From NCBI RefSeq assembly GCF_021869535.1, contig NW_026262690.1, forward strand, positions 38,688,001-38,752,000: a stretch of 64,000 nt of DNA, in the 5' to 3' direction. A program made the position numbers and the translations under genes. Numbering within the stretch: position 1 is the first letter of the stretch; each line of letters starts with the position of its first letter. This DNA is from Mytilus californianus (lineage: Eukaryota). The notes below the pieces were generated by a model. The model was not told the DNA's origin. It made no database searches and saw only the letters and a list, made by a program, of their open reading frames with translations. Positions 1-12,716 of the stretch are shown here, in pieces.

Positions 1-180
1 AATATTTTATTTCTTCTTTCAAACTGGCCGTTTTTTTTAATTTTATTAAAGTTAGTAAATCTCTGGTTGAAGTTTGCTCACAAGTATGGCAGTGGTTTGT
101 ATCTCTATATTACAATACCCTCATCAGTGAGTACTATTCACAGTTAAAATCTCCAATTTCTGACATGTCAGAGATATCAC

Positions 181-319
181 CTCTAATATGCAGTTGAAGG
201 AAGTACTTGCTTTTGGTTAATACTGCTTCAAACAAGCATGTATGTTTTATAACATATTGCCTCATGAAAGCAAATGTGTGTAACTTAACCAGAAACAGTC
301 TTATGGTGTCAAAAACTTC
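181..319 (-). CDS. RFX: Probable RFX exon (B-domain-like); donor uncertain (207 or 181)
   Basis: Acceptor tttcattgtag at 320-321; phase-0 open frame EVFDTIRLFLVKLHTFAFMRQYVIKHTCLFEAVLTKSK resembles the RFX4 B domain [21 protein letters not shown]. Confidence 0.45.
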
Positions 320-3300
320 CTACAATGAAATGTGATTTTCTATTCAAATTTGACATGTCTTGTTCTTTAAAGTGTGGTTATCCTGTGTTTCTGAATATTT
401 GTCATTTCATTGAAATTCAAAATTCTCTATTTTTTATATATAAAATTACATACATGCAATATATCCATTTTCGTGTAATTATACAAAATTTGTATCTACA
501 TACCAGAATCTTATGTTTACATTTAACAGCCACGGTTTCTATAGTTGGAAAATCTGCCAAAAATAGCTCTACATCATGATATCCATTAGGTCTCACTCTG
601 TCTGGACATTGTAGCACCTACAAATAAAATACGCTAAAGCTGGATCAAATAAATGGAGAATGTGTCGAAGGGCCACAAATGCCCCTGCTTGTAAATATGC
701 AGGAGTCAACTTCCACATACAGATGCAGGATTCACGTAAATAAGACTGTTTTGTGATTATAAGCATAAGTTTCATAACATTTGGTTGAGGCAAACTAAAG
801 TTAGAGAAGGGAAACGAAAAATTCAGCAATTTTTATATTTATAAAGGGGCATAACTCATGAACAGTAAAAGTGACACCACCCAATTTCGAACTTGATCTG
901 TGTTTTGTGGTAATAAGCATTATGTATAAGTTTTATAAGATTTGGTTGAGGCAAACTTAAAGTTAGAGAATGGAAACATAATTTGGGGACGGGACAGACA
1001 AGGGTAACACTAAAAGCCCCCTCCACTACGGCCGGGAAATAAAAAACCTATATGGCTCATCTTAGAGTCTATAAATTGAGAATGGAAACGGGGAATGTGT
1101 CAAAGAGACAACAACCCGACCAAAGAGCAGAAAACAGCCCAAGGCCACCAATGGATCTTCAACACAGCGAGAAAATCCCACCCCCAAAAGCAGGCTTCAG
1201 CTGGCCCCTAAATAATAATTAAAATAATATGTACACTACTGACTGAATCTGAGTACTAATTATGAAAATTTATAAATCTCAGTGAAAAGCTGACAAGTTG
1301 GACACCTTTATAGAGGTTCATTATCCTACTTTGATCAAAATCGGCAAACTTGTTTAAGAGAATTTTTTTATACATTTTCTTCCATTTTTTTTAATAAAAT
1401 TTCCTTGCAAGCTTCACTTTTTAGCTTATAGCTTAATATGAGCATCTGGTTGTTAGGAATATTTGCTTTGAAATGATACAATCTCAATACGTATGGGTAG
1501 AATCCTAAGTACATGTATCTGATAAAACCTTTTGGCCTGATTAAACACAATATACTTTCCGCCATTGCTTAAACATACCACTGCCGGGCTGTGATCTATG
1601 TCTTCATGTCTAAAGTACGATCTGAAATTAAATAACTGTATATCAAATTTCACACATATGCAAATATTTACTTTATCAAACATATTTCAGATATTTACCT
1701 GCAACATCAATTTGCCAAATGTGAATATTATGAGGCAACCATGACTTATTGATAAAGGATATAATTGAATTGCATCAGACAAGTTTTAGGTATGAAGATC
1801 TATTTGTTGTATACAATTTAATTTAAGCTTAAAGTAAGACCAAAATGTTTCTTTTGTTTTTCTGCATTTCTGTACAGGTTTGTTCTGGGCATTGAACAAG
1901 ATCACTTCTTAATGTACTGCAGCTGTATGTAATCCGCTTTATAACTCTATTTTAAATCTATTATTAAAGTTTGGGTCAAGCTCAATTTTTTTGACTCAAA
2001 AAAACCCAGGATATTAGATTTTACCAAGTGCTGAGAAGCGTGATACAGACCAATAATTTACAATTACAAAATGAAGAAAACCTGATAATATCTAACAAAA
2101 CTATAGAGTGGTTATATTTAGACCAATTCTATATATATATGTATTATGGGGGTCTAGGGCAATGGACAAGGTGCAGGCGGTGTTGCCATGATGTCACAGA
2201 AGCAAGGGTTTGAATCCAGCTGAGGGAAGAACAAATATTTGCTAACGCAAATTTGAAGATCTAACATTGTTGAGCTAAATTTGAGACGAGTTAATTATAT
2301 ATATATTATGGTGTTAGCCCTATATAACCATGTGTTATCTGATGGAGAATGTCTGTCATAAAATTGTCACATGTTTAGATATGTACATGTATAATAAAAT
2401 TAATATTTGATGTGGCAGCATGGTAATTAACATTATTATACCTTACATATATTTCAAACAATTCTATTGGGCAAAACGTTATCACGTGACATGGAATAAT
2501 TCAGTTAATTTTCATTCAATTGCAAGGAAGAACGAATAACCCTAAAAATTTACACCAGCGTTGAATAACCCTATTATTCACAGGCGAATAACCTTTTTAG
2601 TTTGTTGATTTGTACTCATGAAAATGACGTCACAGACGTAAATAAACAAAACGGCAACGTTCAAGTTACAGGAAGCCCATTGATCGAAAGAAGAGGAAAT
2701 AAGGCTTTTGACGTGCATCTTGTGCCAATGATATCTCTAACGGTCCTTTTCAGGGCCATCAATATTTTACAAAAAGAATCTACCTTTGTTGTACATACGA
2801 GAATTGCAACTCAGCTTGTCTTTAGTGGTCCAAAACATTCTATTAAAATTTCAATCAAATTGTAAACAGTAAAGGATATAACTCTATAGGGTTATTAGAG
2901 AAAAATAACATACATTTGTTATTGAGGACTAAAAAATCAAAGAACTGTGATAACATATGTATGTTACATGTTTCAAAGGGACAATATACATCATTAGTTT
3001 TGTTAAAATGTATACAAGTTCTATTGATACTACTATTGTCTTTACATATTCTAAACTATAGAAAAATATAACAGTTCATAGTTTGTCAATCATGCATAGT
3101 AAACCTATGTTATTACAGAAAAAATATGCCTATAATAACTAAAGGGTGTTATTACAGCTTCTCTACATCACTCCAAAGCATTTGCTCAGACATACATCAT
3201 GCTTAATTACAATGTATTTTAATTCATTGTAAGAAATCATGATCAGAGCATGTAATGAGGTTCTGCGCAAGTTTCCTTGTAATTCCCAAGTGTCTCATAT

Positions 3301-6300
3301 AATAAGTTACATGCCTTTAATAACTAAGCCTTGTTATTACAGCTGAGTTCATCCCTTAAAAGCCTTGCCTCATTGATTTCCCATGGTAAATGAAAAATGT
3401 ATTAATCTAATTAAAAAATTAGTTATCAAGGCTATGCATTTAGTTTCTGCGCAAAGTTTCAAGAGTTCCCTAGAGCCCACTAAAAATTAAAACATTTATG
3501 ATTTATTTTACAAATAACAAACATGTGTTATTACAGATTTTAAAAATTTAAGGATTAAAGAGTAGACAACTCATCAAAGTATCTGTAATAACACATGCAA
3601 GATATTTTCTTTAATAACCCTATAGAGTTATATCTCTAACTGGTAAAAGGGGTTCTCCATTTATTATTCCGAAAACCAAAAGTTAAAAATTTTTCCAACA
3701 ATCAAGTACAAATGTACCATAACTCTGGAATGGTAAAAGTGAAACGACATAAATCGAACTTAACCTGTCTTTAGTGGTTCATACATTAATTTTCAAAAAG
3801 CAGTTTTCTATTTTTTATCTGGAACCCAAAAGTGTGACAGAAGGACAGAGGGACATGTGGATTGCTATGTACCCCAACAGTTTTCCTTATAAAAAAAATG
3901 CATATCACCACAATCATGGCATTCATAGCGTTTGCTGACATGGATAGAAAAAAGCATTTTTTTCAGCACCATTGCAGAAGTATTCAATTATTTTTACATC
4001 ATTGATTTGTTTTGAAATTTGATATATAATACCACAAAAAGCAACTGAAAAGACAGTTACAAAAATACAAGACACTGAATTTGTTTTACAAAAAGTACAG
4101 CAAATGTGGAGGAATTGTTTAACAGTGTTCTCTCCAGGCCGATATGATGCTGCGGTCCTGCAGCACCTTAATTGCCGCTGCCCCTTAATACTTGATCCCG
4201 CAGCATGTTAACTTTCATATTTAATTATGAACTGTTCGATAACTTTTGTAAAATTAAAGATCGCCCCTGAGATGAAAATCAATACTACACCAAATTAAGC
4301 AATTATTGACTCCAGTCTATCCTTTACCTGTATTTGTTATCTGATCGCGTAATTGCATATAGATTATCATCAAATAGATAAATGTTTTTCTTGGATACTT
4401 TTTTTCAGTGTTTCAGGGTTTGAATTGAGGGAAAAGATCGAAATACAAATACAAAACTTTTTGACGAGTGGCTTTCCTTATAATAATGCTGAATTAAATA
4501 TCAAATTTTCTCATTGGTCAATAGTAAAAATCTATTCTAATACAACCAATGAACATGATGATAACACGTGCTAACTTTGTAATACACAACTACAAATATA
4601 TTTATGAATGGAAGTCGTTTTACATGAAAAAAAAGTAACACAAACTAATATTTATGATCCTCTGGCCTTTGTTAGTCTTGTATGTTTTATTAATTTTAGT
4701 TCATTTATATGTTTTGGAGTTTAGTGTGACGTCCATTTTCACTAAACTAGCACACAATTTTATTTAGGGGCAGCTGAGGACCACCTCCAGGTGCAGAATT
4801 TTCTCGCTGCATTGAAGACCCATTGGTGGCCTTCGGCTGTTGTCTGCTCTTTGGTCGGGTTGTTGTCTCTTTGAAATATTCCCCATTTCCATTCTCAGTT
4901 TTATGAATCGATAGTTTGGTCCTTGCACCGGAAAACTATGACAATACACAACTTGATGTCAATAGTTGGGAACGGAAAAGCAGAAGCATATGTAAATAAT
5001 TTTGTTGGACTTAACTTTGAAGAATTTGCCAGGTTTCTACCTGCCAAAGAAAAGAGTGTGACAAATACACATGGAAGCAATCTCGAATGTCAAACTTCAA
5101 AATTGATCAGCTGTTCATTTTATCTTTTCTTTTAAAAAGTTGTATTCCAAAAATTACAAACTGCTAATAATACAATATTTTTAGAAAGAGCAGATGCACC
5201 AGTTATGGAAAAATTTAAAGCTATTCAGCACTTAAAGGCTCAAAGGACCAGAAGAATATTCTCTTGAAATTACTCAATGTGTTTTATATGTGTGTAAATT
5301 GATTATATTTTATAAAAAGTGTACATAATTAAACACTTAAGACTGTCATAAAGCTTATAAATTCATTTTTTACTTCTGAAGGATTGTTTCTCGTCATGAT
5401 AGTACATTCCAAAAAAAGGGTTACATGCTACAAATTTTGCGCCTTAAAAAATTTCTGGGGAGAACACTGTGTTACATAACAATTTAGTCCAGTTCTATTA
5501 CAATGCACAAGGAAGCAAATGTTAATTCATTCTGACAAATCTTCAACATTATACCTTTAAAAAAAATGACAATAATGGTGTATAATAGGTTTCAACTCCT
5601 ACGAAACTGGTAAATAATACAGGTTCAGGTAGCCAAAATGGCATCATTTTAATAAACTTTATTACTATATCTCCTTCTGCAATATTTTATATCTGTTCTT
5701 AAAATATTTTAAGTTGAATGTTTACACTTTAAACTAAACTTATTCCTGAAGTGCTTATTTTTCTTACCTGTGTGGTAAAGATGGAGTGAATTTTCCCCTG
5801 TTATTGACTGGTCCTATACCAAAATAATGGTACCTATGTTTTAAGAGATAAAAATAAAAATACCATCTTTAAATGTCCAATTAATGCTTACTGTTATAAA
5901 CTAAAAGTTACAAAAATATTACAATTCTTTCTCATTATTATTTTAATTCTATTGTTACCATCATCAACAAACAATTCATAACCATTGATAGAAAGGGATG
6001 AAAAACAAAATATAGCTCAAAAGGCATTTAATATTAATCCTTAATGCGGTAAGAAAAAAAACAGTAACTGCATTTGAATTTGTGTGTCAGAAAAATCTCA
6101 AATCTTATTTGAAATTTCTACAATACTTAGCATTATGGGATTATCATATTTCAAATTTCAAAATGTTTCTTGAAACTATCCCAGGAAGGATGTGGTAAAA
6201 GATACACATTCATTTACCTGGAATGACCTCTGATCCCTATTCTTCTTGTCTTTATTCCAGGAAAGACAACTCTGACAACCTTTCCAAATGTAGCCTGATT

Positions 6301-9300
6301 ACAAGGTGTTTCTCTGTGAAACTTACAACATTCACAGTAGTAGTTGTACATTTCTCTTCTGGCAACATTCTTATCTTCATGCTCTATAAAATTCTCAGAC
6401 AACCTAAAAATAGATATATAGCAATCACTGAATTATTGTTTTTAGTCTCTTAACCAGCTTAATCATGTTGATAGTAAGTGATCACAAATTAATGACTGGT
6501 GACATCATATAAAGGTTTTGAGATGTCTAAATAACAGACATAAATTCAGTCTACATACGTGTGAATTTAACTTTGAACAAGATGTGTGTTAATAATAAGA
6601 TTGTAATTTTTTTCAGAAATAATGTCCCAGGATAGTAAAAACATATGGATATAAAAGTTCTTGTGAAGGAAAAATAACTGAAACAATAGAGAGATGATTT
6701 TAACCTATAAACATGTAAACCAGAATTTTTTTTAGAATTAATGATAGGCAACATATGAATTACATAATGACATCATTTTTGTATATGTATTTATATTCAA
6801 CTGCAGATTACCATCATTAAAGAATAACAAGTACTTTAACAATGTATTCATGATCATTTTACTTTCAAGTCAGGTCAATGAAAAAGTTGCAGGCAGTGTC
6901 TTACAAAGTATACATCACTTGTTATCTAGACAGTGACATAAAAATTCCATGCTCAGGGAGTATAACAAATTTTTTAAGTGTTGTCAAACAAGATTTTGCT
7001 CCCCCGCAAATGTAAAAAGCCCTTCCAGTGTACACCTCAACATTAAATTGCTCCAGACCTAAGGTAGCAATACACATTTACGAATGCAGTTTCACATTTT
7101 GGCTTGATGAATTTTTCAATTTATATGAAAGTTATTTAAGGAATGACTGTAATATTTTTTCTGTCTATGAAGAAATAACATCAAAAATGTGGTGCACACT
7201 GAATAACGCACATTGCGGGTTATTTAACAGTGTGCACCACATTTTTCTGTTATTTCGAATAGACAGAAAAAATATTACAATCATTCCTTATAATTTAATT
7301 CTAAATTCCATTTTTAAGGAGTAAATCATGAAAAAAACGTTGATAATGTCACGGTCACATGACAAAATTATGTCTATGAGCTGATAAACAAAATTCTCTC
7401 AGCCAATCAGAAGACGTGTTACATCCAAAATTAAATTATTGTGCAATAAAATTAATTTTCAGATAGCTGAAGAATAATTAAGCCTTCAAACTGGGTCTTT
7501 CTATGTTGTGACATTACACAATTGTTTCAGATAAGGGTGGAGGTTTGGTACCATTAAAACGTTTAAACCCGCTGCAATTGTTTGCACCTGTCCTAAGTCA
7601 GGAATCTGATGTTCAGTAGCTGTCGTTTGTTTATGTGGTTCATAAGTGTTTCTCGTTTTTTATATAGATTAGACCGTTGGTTTTCCCGTTTGAATGGTTT
7701 TACACTAGTATTTTTGGGGCCCTTTATAGCTTGCTGTTCGGTGTGAGCCAAGGCTCCGTGTTGAAGACCGTACTTTGACCTTTAATGGTTTACTTTTATA
7801 AATTTTGACTTGGATGGAGAGTTGTCTCATTGGCACTCATACCACATCTTCTTATATCATTTTACATGAACATACATGTACATATTCAAGATTGTTATTT
7901 GCATGTTTATAGAACATTTTCTGTTTGACAGTCCATATTATCATATCCATACGGGCCATAGATCCAGAAATTATTGTAATGTTTACTCACCATTTTTTTA
8001 TACTTGAACTTTCGATGCAATTTTACAAATATATGAGGTGAAATGCATATGTTTTTTTTATTCTATTTCTTTACAGATAAATGTCAATGGTTTCAGTAAA
8101 AGTATCACTCAAATGGATTGAAATTCTAATTTGGACCAAGTTTTGGGGCCTCTTTTTGCAATATTTTGTATCAAATAAATGCAGATTGTTGCCATGGTTA
8201 AACCAAAATGAGATTATATTTCACCATTTCAACTATTGGAAACTTAATCTATGGAAGATGCTCTTTCAATACATATGCACAAATATGATAAAACACTAAG
8301 CTTAATTTGTTAGAAACCAAGGGAAAGAGGGTGATTAAAATTATGAGTGTCAGTTTCAACTTTTAACTGTGTATTGCTACCTTATTGGCTTATAACAAAT
8401 CATTCCTTTAAACAGTTGCTGATTACTATATATGTAATAATAATAAGATAGACAGACATATAAAACCGACAGACAAATGATACACATGTAGATATTAAGG
8501 TCATTGCAGTATGCCTCCCAATCATTGTCTCATGTAATATGGTGCATAATGGTGAGCCATAGAGATGATAGTGACAGCAACTGTAGGTTATATACAGCAG
8601 CATCTTGTCTTTAATACATTTAGTATATCATACTGTTTGGTAGGCAGAACACTCTCCAAGCACAAGTTCTGAAAAAAGCAATGCAGGTGAGAATGAAACA
8701 TTTTCAGTGCCTTTCCTTGATTCAAAATCAGTTTTAGTCCTTATTCAATACTTGCATTTGGGGGAATCACAATATAGAATTTTGTCTTGAACCCACACTC
8801 CCCCTTTCTATAATGCACATACAACAATAGTGTGATTTGTCCCAGACCTAATGTGAGTGTCTTATTTAGGAATCATTATATAAATCAGTTCATCATGACT
8901 TCTGTCAAGAGATTTGGGAAAGTCTAAATATTTGTGGTGAGAAATTTTGTAAATAAGTTGAAAACAAGATTCACTGTGAGCTATTGCCCATAATTTATTC
9001 CCCTACTCAATATTGTTGTCTAAATGTGATTAAAATTTCATGTTTGTGCATTATAAGTTAAAAGTTTAAGCAGGATGTAAAACCAGAAAAAACTAAAATG
9101 TGTACAAAGTATGGCATAACTAGATGAAAGTCAGTGCCATCAAGAACTTCAAGAAGCTACATATATGACTAGCAGTTCCTAAGAAAAATTCAATATATGT
9201 GCATGATATTTTGATGATAGTAATTTCCGGCAAACAGGAAACCGAACCTTAGAGGATCTGAAAAAGAGTTAAACTGTAGTTTTTAAGTTAAATGGGATAG

Positions 9301-9742
9301 AAATGCGTTATGGACAGACAGACAAATGTACAGAGATAAACCAGTATACTCCCTTCCTTTGGAGAGGGGGTATTACGATTAAGGAGATAGGCAATTAACA
9401 TTTCAAGTTTATCTATTTTTTTAAATTACCAGTACATATTTAAGTAAATATCACTATAAAGGGAAAAAATATCATTTAAGTATCAATCCTTACAATTCTT
9501 TCTAATTTTATATTCTTATCCTACCATTGTTCTATTTTAGGGGACTGAATTTTACCAGAACCCGAAAAAGTACTATAATATATACTATCCGCCAGATTTT
9601 TAACAGCATCTTCAAATTTCCCACTCTGACTGGCTGTTTCAATGGGACAAAAGTCTGGTAGCTCCAACTGGTGGCACTGAACATCCATCAGTTCTTCTAT
9701 TTCACAATCTAAAAAATATTTGTTTTCTGTTTCTAAGTTCAT
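181..9742 (-). CDS. RFX: RFX-family winged-helix transcription factor (RFX8/RFX4/6-like), spliced; 3' part lies beyond window start
   Basis: Phase-consistent exons 9742-9525, 6403-6218, 5833-5768, 1621-1579, 617-504 and probably 319-~181 give ...SPKIEQWLSENFIEHEDKNVARREMYNYYCECCKFHRETPCNQATFGKVVRVVFPGIKTRRIGIRGHSRYHYFGIGP..., a recognisable RFX DNA-binding domain. The start codon at 9742 is tentative. Confidence 0.85.
504..617 (-). CDS. RFX: RFX exon (VLQCPDRV...LADFPTIETVAVKCKHKIL)
   Basis: tttatttgtag acceptor, gtatgt donor, 114 nt, phase 0/0; LADFP resembles RFX LPEFP. Confidence 0.75.
628..1027 (-). mobile_element. HINE-like (Helentron-associated) non-autonomous element
   Basis: Two ~130-bp tandem units (ataagcat...tttggttgaggcaaact), GGAC microsatellite remnant, ccc...ggg subterminal hairpin and T-rich end. 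Confidence 0.5.
1579..1621 (-). CDS. RFX: RFX small exon (SYFRHEDIDHSPAV)
   Basis: ttaatttcag acceptor, gtatgt donor, 43 nt; bridges phase 2 to phase 0 exactly as required. Confidence 0.7.
2145..2290 (+). mobile_element. Short tRNA-derived SINE-like insertion in a (TA)n tract
   Basis: B-box-like GGTTTGAATCC; flanked on both sides by tatatata...tattatgg. Confidence 0.35.
2875..3634. mobile_element. MITE with 23-bp perfect TIR
   Basis: GATATAACTCTATAGGGTTATTA at 2875 and its reverse complement ending 3634; internal repeated GTTATTACAG motifs. Confidence 0.7.
4123..5469 (+). mobile_element. hAT-like non-autonomous element with transposase C-terminal relic and nested dispersed repeat
   Basis: 15-bp TIR CAGTGTTCTC(T/C)CCAG (14/15); internal frame TIHNLMSIVGNG resembles the hAT dimerisation-domain end; no clean 8-bp TSD. 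Confidence 0.55.
5768..5833 (-). CDS. RFX: RFX exon (YHYFGIGPVNNRGKFTPSLPH)
   Basis: AG/GTAAG sites, 66 nt, completes the R-YHY-x-GI motif of the DNA-binding domain. Confidence 0.9.
6218..6403 (-). CDS. RFX: RFX DNA-binding-domain exon
   Basis: 186 nt between tttttag and gtaaat; ATFGKVVRVVFPGIKTRRIGIRG. Confidence 0.93.
7060..7440. mobile_element. Dispersed repeat with long internal hairpin
   Basis: aaaaatgtggtgcacact...agtgtgcaccacattttt stem-loop at 7183-7246; ends in ccaatcagaagacgtgttacatccaaaattaaattatt. Confidence 0.45.
7530..7855 (-). repeat. Abundant dispersed repeat family A (tgtggtatgattgccaatgagacaact...)
   Basis: Related copies at ~11690, 13215-13620, 29925-30230, 34465, 41810, 45685-45850, 48540-48660, 58115-58350, 63445-63680. 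Confidence 0.75.
9525..9742 (-). CDS. RFX: RFX first coding exon (MNLETENKYF...SPKIEQW)
   Basis: Open frame ending TG|gtagga, phase-matched to the DBD exon (QWL motif); candidate acceptor at 9884-9885. Confidence 0.65.
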
Positions 9743-10149
9743 TTTTAAAAAAGTAAAAGTCAAACAATGGGTTCTTTTTGAAGCATTTCAAAGGGATTTT
9801 GGTATACATGTAAATTCCTAACAATTATAGGACAAAAATGACACAATTGACTATGCATGTTGCTTGGACTTTTATGCAGAACTCTGAAATTCAAAAAACA
9901 GGAAATCAATAAACAGTATATCAGAAAATCATTGTCATCATCTAAATCTGAGTAACCTTTTAAAAAAACAAAAAAATTTAAATGAAAAATTGAAACTAAG
10001 AGAAGTACATGGTATGGGTCTGTTGTCATTTTCTTAATCTGTGAAAACTTTTGTGCTTGATAGGAAATATATTTTTAATATACCAGCATGAATTTTAATG
10101 CGAGGATCTCTGGTTTTGATTATCTAGAGTAAATCAAATATTTTGATAC

Positions 10150-11125
10150 AAATAAACTGTTATAACAGAGATATGTCTCGCCTTTTTGTAATTTTGATAA
10201 TGCAAATGTTGAAATTAAAATAGCAATACTTTAACATGTAAGTTATGCAAATATTCAAAGTCCATGAACCATGACTGAAGGTACATGGCTAAACAATCTC
10301 CATGGAATGAGATGTGCCAATGCTAATACAACTGCATACCAAATACCATTGACTTATTATAAGTCATTCCCTTTAAACAAACCTAAACACAAACATTAAC
10401 TTGTAAACTATGTAAGAGTTTCAAAGTCAATGAACCATGATCAGGGGTGGGGCTATATAATCTCCATGGAAACGATACTTGCAAATGCCAATAAATTTGC
10501 ATACCAAATATCATTGACTTAACATTAGCAGTTCATCTTAAACTGATCTAATCACAAACTAATACATGTAAACTAAGCAAAAGTTTCAAAGTAAATAGAC
10601 CATGACTGAGAGGGCGGGGCCAAATATTCTCCATGGAAATGAGATGTGCTAATGCTTATACAACTGAACACCAATTAACATTGGCCTACCACTAATGGTT
10701 CCCCTTGAACTGACCTAATCACAAACTAAAACATGTTAACTTAGCAAAATTTTCAGTCTATAGACCATGACTAAGGGGGCGGAGCCAAAATAATCTCCAT
10801 GGAAATGAGATATGCCAATGCTTATACAACTGCATACTAAATATCACTGACCTACCACTAGTGGTTCGCCATAAATTGACCTAACCACAAACTAATACAT
10901 GTAAACTATGAAAAGTTTCAAAGTCAATAGACCTTGACTGAGGGGGCGGGGCCAAATAATCTCCATGGAAATGAGATGTGCCAATGCTAATACAACTGCA
11001 TACCAAATATCATTGACCTACATGTACCACTAGTGGTTCACCATGAACAAGACCTAATCACAAACTAATACATTGTTGACGCCGCCGCCGACACCGGAAA
11101 CAGCATACCTATGTCTCACTTTTTT
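10150..11125 (-). mobile_element. HINE-like element with ~165-bp tandem core
   Basis: About 5 units of gaccatgactgagggggcggggccaaataatctccatggaaatgagat; GCC/GAC microsatellite at 11079; same family at 51520-53045. Confidence 0.7.
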
Positions 11126-12269
11126 TTAAAAAGCTGTAACATCATAAAAAATACTTCAATGTACTCACCTTTACTTATCCTTGCAAATGAGAAATATTAT
11201 TCAGAGTTCATAATAAAGTTGGAAATTGAAACTATATTTGACCATTGTAAAAAATGTGCAGGATGTAAATATGCAGTCTAGATAAGAAATTCATCATACA
11301 ACAAACCTGATTGTGTTTCACATGCTACTGATGAGAAAACAGGGTCAGTAAAATTTTTCAGGCACATGGAACAATCCTCCAATGTCATACGTAAATACTG
11401 TGGTCTCTCCACACAATATTTTAAATCCTTCATCATGGCAGTGAATAGGTATGGTAAGAACTGTAAAGAATATAATTTACTGATTATATGTGTTAACAAA
11501 CATGTAGAATGTGTCCCCGTGCTTGTAGTGTATGCCCTTATACTTTACAGTTATGGGTTTTTTGCTTGTGAGAGAGCTGTCTACTAATAGTTTTTATTAT
11601 TATATTTTTTCTATTTCTTGTTTATAGTTTTTATTATTACATTTTTTCTATTTCTTTAAATTTAAATTTACGTTCATTTGAACTTTGGTGGATAGTTGTT
11701 TCATTGGCAATCATACCACATCTCCTTATTTTTATATGTAGACAAACTTAATCCTTTTTCCAATCATCTGAAAAAAAAATTTCTATGTGACATCAAAGAA
11801 GCAAATTTAGAGGAAAGCAAAAAATTTAACATCATAATTGAATTTTAACCAATGAAGAACTGAGATCAAACAAACCACATGTTGATTAAAAAAAATAATC
11901 AACAGGTTAGGAATAAGAAATTTATCGGCTGAAAATTATAGAAATTATTTTATTACATTGACTGCAATGAAAAACTTTGATTTCCCAGTCATGCCAGTGA
12001 AATAAAAACCGATAATTTCACTTTTGAGGCTTCTCTGAAGTCATAAAACAATGGGTGTTGTCAAGTCACTGTCTATGAAATTGCATCAAAACAAATAGGG
12101 AAGGCATAGAAATACCGGTAGATTTGGTTCCTTGTACTTTATACTTTATTTCCATTAAAAAGACCATGGTCAATGTAATAAAAGAATATAACTAAATGAA
12201 GATTTCAAATATTCAAAAATATTCAACTTATGAACAAACAACATTGATATTAACTCATGAATTAATGTG

Positions 12270-12716
12270 TTATTCAGTCACTTCACTTCTTGAATATTTT
12301 TCTATATCTGAATTCTTTAATCTTGGATTAGTTTTTCTATAAATATTAGCTACATGTAAAGCATTGTCTATTTTACACTGTCTCAAAACGTAAGCACTGG
12401 TCTTGGAACACTGAGAAAGGTAAGAAGTACAAGACAACTTGGCTACCTTTACTGGTAAGGGTCTGTGTATACATGTATGTAGATGATTAACCTTTACACT
12501 GAGAAGGTTTTGAATTATCTTTAAAGTCAAGGTTATCGCTGTTGTCAGTTTGGATCTTCTTTAGCGTATGCTGAAGGTCCTCTCAGTGTCAGCACTAAAA
12601 AGTGTGGAAAAGTGCTTCTTCTCCAGACTTCGTTTAAACAATAAATGTTTTTTCCAGCATCAAAACCTTTCGATCGATGTTTTGACTACAACACTCCTCT
12701 TTTCTATCAATGCTGG
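12270..12716 (-). pseudogene. Decayed hAT transposase C-terminal dimerisation domain
   Basis: One frame of ~149 codons with two stops (12660-12662 TGA, 12561-12563 TAA): SIERF*CW...STLFSADTERTFSIR*RRSKLTTAITLTLKIIQNLLSVKVN, matching the hAT FW...SNAxxERxFS...LLxVKVN pattern. Confidence 0.5.

Noticed and set aside
8081-8603. Short ORFs in the RFX intron, like most 60-100-aa ORFs in the track
   Set aside because: Low-complexity AT-rich translations without splice signals or motifs
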